Source: Schizochytrium sp. TIO01
Lineage: Eukaryota > Protista > Bigyra: Labyrinthulomycetes
Assembly (NCBI GenBank): GCA_004764695.1
Contig: SMSO01000035.1
Location: 744,001-808,000 of the forward strand
DNA: 64,000 nt
Direction of reading: 5' to 3'
Position numbers and translations under genes: made by a program
Notes under the pieces: generated by a model
What the model was told of the DNA's origin: nothing
Seen by the model: only the letters and a program-made list of their open reading frames with translations
The model's database searches: none
Shown: piece after piece, positions 24,726-34,568 of the stretch
Position numbering within the stretch: the stretch's first letter is position 1
Layout of the letters: each line of letters begins with the position of its first letter

Positions 24726-27159
24726 ATGAAGGAACGAAGGAATGAAAGGAGAAGAGGCAAACCAAGAGTTTGGACAAGAGTCTCATATAATTGCGAGCGA
24801 AAGAGAGGCGATTCGGAGGAGGCGGAAGCCTGTGGCGAGATTTGCAAACCCGCAAATGAACTAAGCGCATCAAGCATGATATTTACCAATAAGTGGATGG
24901 AAACATATCTCGAAAAAGCACGGGTGACAAAGCTACAGTTCTTGCAGGGCTTCGCAAATCAGAAAGAAGCGGAGAGACCGAAACAACCAAAACAACAACA
25001 GAATAAACAGCAACCATATCAACTTCAGCGGGTACAGCAACATGAAGACCTTCCCAAGCGAGAGAAGCAAAAACTATCCGCGCCGAACCGTCATTCCCGC
25101 AAGCAACAACCGCACCAGCAATCGCAGCAACATAAAGGCAAACGTAAACGAGGTCACAAGAATAAAAAGAAGCAACACCAACACCCCATCAAGCAGGCCA
25201 AAAACCATGTAAATCAGCATCAACATCAAAACCCATATTTACAGACCTCTGTTGAGCAAGAAAAAGAATTAAGTCCTCGAAATAAGAGACAAAGGACTGA
25301 GTCTACATCTACACATACAACAGCAACCAAACCAACGCCTGGTAAGCTTGCTAAGAAAGCACAGAGGGATGCGACTAGGAAAGAAGACGCAAAGATGGAA
25401 CTGGATTTCTGTCATAATCGTAATCTCGCAAACTCAGTTGAGCCATGTAGAGTGATGCAACGACAGTCCCTGTCAACAGGGAGCTTGGGTAGCGGTGCGA
25501 GTCCACAATGTAAATCGGATCAAGGTCGTCCGGGGATGGCTAAAAACCCCAAATCGTTTAATAAGAATTTTCAGAAGATTCGCAATGCACAAACCTGGGA
25601 AGCTATCCAAAAGGAGAAACGTGATCGCAAAAAAGTTTCTGTCGAAAATAAGCAAGCACCTGACCGAAGAAGCCAAGCAAAAAAGTCACAAAATTTCTCT
25701 CCTTCATCAGGAACCCCTCCAACCTCTCTGAATAGTTTTGTACCACCGCATTTTGCAGACAATCATCCTTCTACACCGGCCATCCCCCAAATCTCTGCCA
25801 AATATGCACACCACCATATCGACGAAGAGGATCATACCGTTCCATCATTAGGGGCATCTACCATCACTTCTGAAGATCAGTCCTTGATCAAGATAGCAGA
25901 TGCTGGTGTTACTATCACAGGTTCTGCACCTATATGCGTAACCACGCCTACTCCTCAAGCGAATTCATTAGAAAATATGGGTCCTACAGCAGAAACTGTC
26001 GTGATGGAACAGAGCACGTCGGCTGGAATGCCTCCTCCAGGATCGAAGGCACTAAAACCAGACACTAGCTCAAACAAGGTTGACACGATAACTCATGCAT
26101 GCGATCATCAGCAAACCGATGAGGAAGGGTATACCTCGAACTCAAGTGCGACATCTGATTCTGACATTATTGACTTGTGTGGTGATAGTGACGACGATAA
26201 GAACGACGGTCGGACCAGCAGCCACCTTGAAGTGCCCCATGACAGTAGAGTGAAACGTCAGCAGGGTCGTAATGTTGGCTGTGAATGGGAAATCTCCCAC
26301 CCAAAGAAAGCCTTAAAAGGGCCCTGTGGAAGAACAATTAACAAAAAAGAGCTTGGGGAGATCAATAGAGCTTGGGATCCGGACGGAGACCCTGATGAAA
26401 TCCTCGCATCCAATGGTAGGATCAACATCACACGTGAGGACTTGTGGACTCTTTATGATGGTGAATGGCTCAATGATCAAGTTATCAACTTCTTTCTTGG
26501 CATTGTACAAGAAGATGCTCGCAAAGGAATCTCCTGGATAAGGCCTAATCTTCAAACTTCAATGGCCTCATCCAGTATCTCACAAACGGGGAAAAAAGAA
26601 AAAGAAGTTTCTCAAGCTGGACAAGAAGATGAGAAGGAGATTAGCACAAACATTCACCATGAATACGTACTTTTACACAAAGTTATGTGGGAATTCCTCC
26701 TCAAAGAATAAATATTCTGGTTATGAGTATGAAAATGTCCGTCGCTGGATAAAGCGAAGCAAGCTAGACATCATGAAAATGAAGCGAATTATTGTACCCG
26801 TCCATGACCACCTTCATTGGGCACTTGCGATTATCAATATCCGCGCAAAAAGTATAACCTCTTTTGACTCGTTGCCCTCGCGACATTCAAAGAAAAGACT
26901 CCGGCCTCTTGCACAATGGATTAAAGATGAGCTCAAAGAGAATGATGTTGATCAGGTGGAGAATACTGACTTCAAGGTGATCAGAAGTAAGAATGCTCCT
27001 CTTCAGAATAACTCTTCTGACTGTGGAGCATTAGTTTGCGCTAATGCAGTTACTGTTGGGTACGGAACCGATCTGGTTTACAAAGCTCGGCACATGATGT
27101 TCTTTCGCCGTATTATGGTCTTGACTATCCTCAACTATCATAAACAAAACTCAACTTGA
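24726..27159 (+). CDS. Ulp1/SENP SUMO protease (peptidase C48) with a long disordered N-terminus; frame break near 26542-26660
   Basis: The first ORF has ITREDLWTL..WLNDQVINFF. The +1 frame continues with NTYFYTKL..YENVRRW..IIVPVH..HWALA..FDSL..QNNSSDCG, giving a complete His-Asp-Cys triad. True start is uncertain. Confidence 0.85.
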
Positions 27160-27429
27160 CAAGAGAGACCACGACTCTATAGTCAATGGACTGTCTTATG
27201 ATGACTCGCATGGCTGCATAAAATTTCTTTAATTTAAAAGTTCTTCATCAGTTTTAGGCATTTTTCTATCTGCCGATGTGAAATCTCATATACGTAATCT
27301 TGCATGACTTAACACATACCTATGACATGAATGCACCCAAGGTGTTTGCTAAGGCAATGCATGAATGAACTACTTCGCAAACGAATCGAAGTATTTACTT
27401 TTATCTACCCATTCTCTTCATTACACATA

Positions 27430-28758
27430 CTACAGATTTTCAGTCGATATTTTCGCAGCACCCTTGCCTCGTAACCGAACCGATGGTGGAGTAGGGCGTA
27501 CTTGCTCTCCAGTCGCTGATGCTCGTGCATCATTTACTTGTTGTTGAATTGCACCGCGCTTTTCCCTTCGCAGTTGGCAATTTTCGATAATGCGTTGTAT
27601 TGAGCGCTCGCTTTCGATAGAATTAAGTAATAAGTCAACGATTTCTTGCATTTGCATTTCGTCCTTGTCTTCATAAATATGGCTTGCATAGAGCAAACAC
27701 AAACTGATCACAAGAGGTACTGCAACACATCTGAACATCCAGAGCTTTTCCCACGACGTTAACCACTGCAAGACTGGGAACTGATTTACGATTGCATATG
27801 CATGGACTGGTGTACCCCAGTGAAGAACCATTCGACCATCAACAAACAAAAGTACTCCAAGCGCAGTAAGAGCTGAGTTGAGCCCACCTCGCAGACGTCT
27901 ACTTAGAGTGCAGGCGAGAAAAAGCACCCAAATATGAACTGCGTAAAAAATGAAGACGTCGGACAAAGTCCAAAGTACAGCACTGATGGAAACAAAACTC
28001 ACTTGAGTAGTACCATACCGGTCATATGTGTCTCGAGAATCTTGATTAAAAAGTAGATTAAAGATCTCCTTCTCAGCAACTGCATCAAGGCCATATGCAG
28101 GGTCTAGTCCGTTCTTCTTGGCCTGCCTCAAAAACATAGCAAAGCGCGGGTCCCTTACAGCAAAGGGAGGCACACCAACTATTTCAAAAAGATTTTGAAC
28201 TCGAGAAGTGCTTACCCAAATGAGGGCCACGGCCAGTGCCAGGGCTGCGATACCTGCTAAAAGCCCTGGGAATCCACCAATCCAAGTAACCCAGTCGGGA
28301 AATGGGTGTCTGACGCGCAAATCTGTTAGATTATATCCCCGTAGGGAAGGCTCCTCAGATTCAAGTAAAGCAAGAAGCATTTTTTGGTGCAGTCTGCGGC
28401 GATCAGATGTCGAAAGCCTTACCTGGCCAATCTCTTCGCGCAAGTTTGCAATCCCATCTTTCCTATGATCAGGTTGCGCACAAATCTTTACAATCTCACG
28501 TTCTAAACGTTTATACTCTCCACGAAGAGAGACATCCTTCTCGATTCTAGGTCCTGAGGATCTTTTTACTTTGCCCTCTCCTGTGATACTATCAGCATCT
28601 TCCGTGGAGCCTTTGCTGTCTTGGTCGTCCTCCTCGTCACTGCCATCTTCATCGAAGTCGTCGGCGAACTCCTCGTACTCGCCAAGCCAGTGCGCGACAG
28701 TAGCCCCCACTGCCAAAACCGCTGCCTCTGCAACTGCTAGTCCTTGCGCCGGTACCAT
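27430..28758 (-). CDS. Multi-pass membrane protein with a degenerate J-domain-like segment
   Basis: 442-aa ORF with several hydrophobic helices. NLFEIVGV...IFNLLFNQDSRDTYDRYG resembles J-domain helices I and IV, but there is no HPD. Confidence 0.6.
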   Translation of the reverse strand: MVPAQGLAVAEAAVLAVGATVAHWLGEYEEFADDFDEDGSDEEDDQDSKGSTEDADSITGEGKVKRSSGPRIEKDVSLRGEYKRLEREIVKICAQPDHRKDGIANLREEIGQVRLSTSDRRRLHQKMLLALLESEEPSLRGYNLTDLRVRHPFPDWVTWIGGFPGLLAGIAALALAVALIWVSTSRVQNLFEIVGVPPFAVRDPRFAMFLRQAKKNGLDPAYGLDAVAEKEIFNLLFNQDSRDTYDRYGTTQVSFVSISAVLWTLSDVFIFYAVHIWVLFLACTLSRRLRGGLNSALTALGVLLFVDGRMVLHWGTPVHAYAIVNQFPVLQWLTSWEKLWMFRCVAVPLVISLCLLYASHIYEDKDEMQMQEIVDLLLNSIESERSIQRIIENCQLRREKRGAIQQQVNDARASATGEQVRPTPPSVRLRGKGAAKISTENL

Positions 28759-29978
28759 GATTCCGCGACACCTCTTGCCAAGGAGGATTACGAACGTGAA
28801 GAGAAGCTATGCATACAATAATGGTGATCTGTTACTTCAACTTTATTTAGGAGCTCAGTTAGAGATCTAGGTACCTATGAAATACAATAGATAACTTATC
28901 TTGTACAAAATCATTTAGCAAAGTTAAAATCATTTGGCAAAGTTCTAACTGGGGGTTACTCACCATTCAAAAAGCTCCAAAGCAAAATATGGGCCCGGGG
29001 TTGCGGTATAGTATAGTTCACCTCAAAATCAAATCGGACATGCTTTCTGCTGAATGTTTCCAATGTTTAAAGCAAGAGAAAACATTCTTGCCAATCGCTC
29101 ATATCAGCGGGGAATACTAACAAGCACCACCGTAGAATAATCTCAATGAATAATTGTATTAGAACTTCTTAATAACTAAGAATCTCAAGCTAGAGCTACG
29201 CAGTATCTTGACACTTGCACAAAGCTTACCTACTTCGAGGCGGTGGAAAGAAAGGGATCGTAATATGGGGATACGGGGATTATTAAGAGAAAGATTCTTT
29301 GATGTGCCAAACCTATGAAGGAAATATTCTGGTTTTTACTTCACAGAGCAATTAATTCAGTTGGTGAATCTAGCTTCAATCAGGCACGATTTAATTAAAA
29401 TTTCGTTCAAGTTGTATTCATCTTTTCCAATTTCTTATAAAGCAGCAAACACCCACATTTCTACCTTGCATACCTCATTATTCTGCATTTCTCTTTCCTT
29501 TATTTGATACCCGAAGCATCCAGTCCAGTAGCCAGACGCCACTTACAACGCGTGGTTCGTACTAGATGCCCCACAAAAACAACCCATGCAAATGTCACAG
29601 TTCTCTTTGCGTTCTGTAATTGTTCCCTCATGCGTTCTTTCTCCAGTTCTCCATCAAAACCATCCTTCTCCAAGTTGTTTACAGCAATAATAATATCAAC
29701 TGTGAAGAAGGCCTCTGTGAATGGCACGTTCTTTTCTTTTATTATAGTAATACTGGAATTAAGCCCAAGTGGCTGAAGAGAAGGAAAGGAGCGTGCTGAG
29801 TAAAACAAAAGAAATAGGTGGTGGCGGCAGAGAGTCTTTCCCCGAGGGGCCTTTCGAGTCGCTCGTGCAAGCTCGGTGCGTGAGGGCTTTTGGGGACTCA
29901 TACCTATAGCAGTTGTGACTCCACTGATTGATCAGAAGGAAAGGCATAGAACCTCTTGCGTCACAGTTCTTTGGCAAG

Positions 29979-31445
29979 ATGAAGTTGGATGTGAATGCTC
30001 TGCGGTACCTGGACCGCGATGAGTTCCGGGTGCTCACGGCAGTTGAGATGGGCATGCGCAACCATGAACTTGTTCCTGTCGAGCTCGTGACTCAGATTGC
30101 ATCTCTTCGCCTTGGTGGTGCCAAGAAGATGCTCAGTACTCTGCTGCGTCATAAACTTCTGCACCATGATCGTCAACATTTTGATGGCTACCGCCTGACA
30201 AGTCTTGGTTATGATTTTCTAGCCCTCCGAACCCTCGTGGCTCGAGGCCTTATCATCGGTGTTGGCCGCCAAATCGGAGTCGGAAAGGAGTCTGATATCT
30301 TCGTTGTGGTTAATGAGGATGAGGAGGAGCTTTGCCTCAAGCTGCACCGGCTCGGTCGCACGAGTTTCCGTGCCATCAAGAATAAGCGCGACTACCACAA
30401 GCACCGTGGTAGCCCATCGTGGTTGTACCTTTCACGCCTTGCAGCCACGAAGGAACTTACTTTTATGAAGGTCTTGCATGAAAATGGATTCCCCGTGCCC
30501 ACTCCCGTGGACGGAAACCGCCACGTCATTCTTATGAACCTTGTGGATGGTTTTCCGCTCAACCAGGTTCGTGTGCTAGAAAACCCTGCGCCAATCTACA
30601 CGGAGATGATGAACCTTATTGAGCGTTTCGCTCAGCATGGACTCATCCACGGAGATTTCAATGAATTTAACGTGCTTGTCAACGAGGCCGGTAAACTCAC
30701 TGTGATTGATTTCCCGCAGATGGTCTCTATTAATCATCCAAACGCTCGCATGTACTTCGAGCGCGACGTAAATTGTGTCCGTCGATTTTTTCGCAAGAAA
30801 TTTAACTTCGTCTCTGACTACCGTCCTGACTTTGAGGATGTTCTCGCAAACCGTGTGGCTGACCTTGATGTGCAAGTCTCTGCTTCTGGCTTCACGCGGC
30901 AAATGGCCAAAGAGTTTGATCGCTTCGTGGAGACCATCAAAACTGAGAGCGACGGTGAGGATGACGAGGATGACGAGGAAGAGGAAGACGAAGAAAGCCA
31001 AGCTGATGACCAGCAGGAAGCTACTGAGGACGAGTCTGATGGAGACCAGCCCAAGGAAATTGCTGCGGAGCACAACACGGCTAAAACAAATGCTCCATCC
31101 TCGACACCTGCTTCAGCAGATTCATCGGAAGTAGTGTCCAAGATTGCAGGACAAACAGAACAGGGTGAGAGCAACGACGATTCAAGTGAGGAAGAGGACG
31201 CTGATCACGATGATGCTACTATCAACGACGATACCGAAACAGTCGGGGATGGTCCTAATGCTCACTGGAACTACGAAAAACCTTCTCGTGCCGCAGAACG
31301 CCCCCGTGTGGATGATATCCGCCGCCGTGTCAGACGCGATTTGAGGAAAAAGGGCAAGAGATCTCAAGGCACAGGCAAAACGAGCCGTAACACTGTCAAG
31401 TCTCGCGAAAAGCGTGCCGTTGTTCAGAGTATGAAAGAGTACTAA
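29979..31445 (+). CDS. RIO2: RIO2 atypical kinase (40S biogenesis)
   Basis: Motifs FRVLTAVEMGMRNHELVP, GVGKESDI, KLHRLGRTSF, IHGDFNEFN and IDFPQMVS, plus an acidic tail. ATG at 29979. Confidence 0.97.
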   Translation: MKLDVNALRYLDRDEFRVLTAVEMGMRNHELVPVELVTQIASLRLGGAKKMLSTLLRHKLLHHDRQHFDGYRLTSLGYDFLALRTLVARGLIIGVGRQIGVGKESDIFVVVNEDEEELCLKLHRLGRTSFRAIKNKRDYHKHRGSPSWLYLSRLAATKELTFMKVLHENGFPVPTPVDGNRHVILMNLVDGFPLNQVRVLENPAPIYTEMMNLIERFAQHGLIHGDFNEFNVLVNEAGKLTVIDFPQMVSINHPNARMYFERDVNCVRRFFRKKFNFVSDYRPDFEDVLANRVADLDVQVSASGFTRQMAKEFDRFVETIKTESDGEDDEDDEEEEDEESQADDQQEATEDESDGDQPKEIAAEHNTAKTNAPSSTPASADSSEVVSKIAGQTEQGESNDDSSEEEDADHDDATINDDTETVGDGPNAHWNYEKPSRAAERPRVDDIRRRVRRDLRKKGKRSQGTGKTSRNTVKSREKRAVVQSMKEY

Positions 31446-32122
31446 GCTGTGCTCGCTTTTCCTTGATCTCTTCTGTTTGCATACCGTACTCCTACGAATT
31501 ATCACAATAAGATTAAATCTGTACCACGTTTTTTTCTCTTTCTTCTTCGCGCTCCACGTTGCCATCGTATTGTTATCTATCATATACATGTACTGGCAAA
31601 AGTTTCTAGGAAATGCCTGACTGTGAATAATTATAACTTTTAAATCCCTTTGCTTCTAACCGTTGTGCCAGTGTTGCCCGAATTTTTTACCATAATGTGT
31701 TTGGTTGGTTTATTGTATCTGAACCCCGAGTTAAGATGTCTTTGTAGTGAATAGGCTCTAACAAATCACTGCTTCGGAACTTAACAAACATGACAAATCT
31801 GATAACATCAATGTGTCAACTTACCCAGACCTAAACACACCGTTATACGACAGAGGAACAAACAGTTGTCTTTTTCACGAATAGTGCAACCTTGTAAGTT
31901 TCCTTTTAGGCTATCTGTCGAAGAAGAATGGATTTTTCCTTTAATAGACTCATGGTTGAGTTTCAACAACCAAGTTTAAGCGTAAGCTACTTGCAACAAA
32001 CCAAATGGTTACCTCATTATCAAACTAGATGCATTATTTGGCATTAGTGCTTTATTCCTTGGTGGACCAATTGGATGCAGCTTCGTCTTTCTTCTAGCAC
32101 TTGTTTGTCTGGCATGTGTTAT

Positions 32123-32204
32123 TTGCAACAGGACAGCACTCAAAAGGTTGTTTGTTGCTATCTTGCAACAGGACAGCACTCAAAAGGTTGTTTGTTGCTA
32201 TCTT
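32123..32204. repeat. Perfect 40-bp tandem duplication (2 copies)
   Basis: ttgcaacaggacagcactcaaaaggttgtttgttgctatc repeated with period 40. Confidence 0.9.
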
Positions 32205-32568
32205 CAGAAAGTGAAGGAAAAGCAAGATTCTCACCTTGCACTGGCTAGTGGATACCGAATAGCAAGCTAGCTTCAACCACTCTGGGAAAAGCAGGACAAC
32301 TATCAAACGCTACACCAACTTGGGAACGCATTTCAATGGAAATCAAGAGAACCATCCTCCGGGAATTCGGTGATGTATGTATGTAGAGACAAGCATCTTG
32401 CGGATGCCTCTATGAAAGAGTAGGCTAAACTAAACAAAAGAATGAAAAAGTGGGGCAATCTTTTTGACTCTTGATGAGCTAGCTAGCATGTGAACAGAAC
32501 TAGTCAAGAAAGCTTTCAAGAGATCATTACTCAAAAAAGAATATCAATGCACGTCACCAGGTTACTTT

Positions 32569-34010
32569 TTAGAACTTGAGCAAGTGCGGGGCCTGGCCCT
32601 TGGAGAGGGAGAACGAAGCCTTGAGGTAGTCAGCGAGGAGAGGGGTCTTCTCGATGGCAGCGAGGAGCTGGGTGTCGACGGACTTCTGGTCCTCCTTGCG
32701 CTTGTTGAGCCACTCGGGGTTGATCTCCTTCTGGAGGTTGAAAAAGCCCTCCTCACCCTTCTTGGGGGAAGCGACGCGGGCGAAGTACTTGTCGTTGATG
32801 TGCTCGGGGATCTTGACACCGCTGATGTCAACCTGTGTGGAGGTGCCAATAACGTAGGCCTGGTTGATGCGGCGGAGGGGGCAGCCGTTGCACTTGTAAG
32901 GGCCTGTTATGGTTTATCAAATAGTCATCGGAGATGATATTGAGCAAGAAGGTTAGTTTTCATTGTCAGGGACATCATTTTTTCTCTCGTGTCTCTTAAA
33001 GTGTTGAACGGTATTTTCAGAAATGGCTTTTAAGTGCTCCATGGTTTGTCTCTCTTAATCGTATCCTGTCTACATTTTTGCGCTTATGTTGCACCGAGTT
33101 GGCCGGGATTCGCTCTGGCAGCTCTCAGCTCTCATAGAACATAACCTCACCAGGCCTCGAGCTCAACGCTCCAGAGCGTCTTTCGCAGAGGTTTTTCACA
33201 CCCGTTCCCAGCCCAGAAGAGCCGAGGTAGAGCATTAACGTCTGCGAGAGACAGTCAGGATGCGCAGCTACCCTCACTTGCGAATTTCTCTATCATTGAG
33301 CGCCAATCAAAACCCACTACACAACTAGTCCTTGCGCATGCACTTCTTTGTGGTGTGCAACCAACTTTCAATCAAAGCATGACCTGGACAGCCAAAGCAA
33401 TATGGAGGCATCCCCACTTCGTAAAACCCAATCAGACAGGATCTTAAAGAATGCAAACTAGCAAATGAGTGGCCAGGTTGCGTCTTTCTCGGATATACAA
33501 AGTACTGCATGGGTATCTCTACCGCTAGAGAGGAGCCTTCATCACCACCAGTTGATCTCAGGAGAGCCCTCTCCATGAGTATCGATGCGACGAAATCAAA
33601 GTAGTTGAAGAAGTAGAAAACCACGCGGAGAACAAGGATGACAAAGGAAATGAGACCAATCACCACAAATGAATGAGCACCACCAATTGAAAAGACGATC
33701 GACTACTTCAAGAGCGCATGAGGTGTGCTCGATTAAAGAGCGCATGAGTGAATAACTTACCGCTCACGAGGAGAAGACCAGACTCGAGCTGCTTGAGGAA
33801 CACAACGCGCTTGCCACGGAAGCGGCCAGAGAGCACGATGAGGACGGAGCCCGGCTGGATGGAAGCCTTGAGCTTGGTGGGCTTCTCGGTGTTGTTGCGG
33901 CTGGCCTTGGGGATGGAGACGTTGTCGGCATCGCGAACGCCCTCCTTCTTGGCCTTCACGAGAGCGTCACGGCGCTCGACCCGCTTCTTGTAGATGCTGG
34001 CGCGGCTCAT
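32569..34010 (-). CDS. RPL6: 60S ribosomal protein eL6. Exons 34010-33761 and 32903-32569 (194 aa)
   Basis: [38 protein letters not shown]|[35 protein letters not shown] donor, CTAAC branch point, taacAG acceptor; 250+335 nt keeps the frame. Confidence 0.97.
33025..33300 (-). ncRNA. Candidate structured intronic RNA (possible snoRNA) in the RPL6 intron
   Basis: GC-rich block with several inverted repeats, an H-box-like AGAGAA, and GAGACAAACCATG (U17/snR30 m2-like). Confidence 0.3.
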
Positions 34011-34507
34011 CGTCCCGATGTGGCTAGCTGACACGCAAGCAAATGAATAATAGAGACTGGCAAGCTGCTCGCCCCCAGACCACGTATACGACCCACGCAC
34101 GAACGCACGAAGCAAACAATTCGTCTCTGCCGTTAGTCTCCGCTCGCACGCCTCCACAAACCTCCCGCGCGCGGTCGCCCGCCGACCACACGCCGCGCTC
34201 TCTCCAAACCTACCTCTCTATCTATGTCTTTGCTGCGCCAATTGCTCTCGCCACAAGCCTCTCGGCCCCTCCTTTGTTCCCCGCGTTCCCGACCTTCCTC
34301 TGCCGCCTTTCATTCCGCGCCCCTATTACCGCCTATCTGCCGCCCCCACTCCTTTCCCCCCTCTCTGCCCCTATCAGGCACCCTAGCGTAGTGACTAGCG
34401 ACTGCTAGCACCGCACGCTCTGTATATGTGTATGTATTCTGCTTTTCAACACCAATTTTCGAAACAAAAGTAAAAATTAAACTAAAAAACTGAAGTTAAA
34501 CTTACAG

Positions 34508-34568
34508 TTAAAATTAAAATTAAAATTAAAATTAAAATTAAAATTAAAATTAAAATTAAAATTAAAAT
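34508..34568. repeat. (TTAAAA)n hexanucleotide array upstream of RPL6
   Basis: Read directly from the sequence. Confidence 0.9.

Noticed and set aside
32123-32204. 40-bp direct repeat as a possible CRISPR-like array
   Set aside because: Only two adjacent copies with no spacer; a simple tandem duplication.
33088-33105. gttgcaccgagttggcc resembles the 3' end of a Cas9 tracrRNA
   Set aside because: Short chance match in a eukaryotic intron, with no CRISPR array or cas/Fanzor gene nearby.
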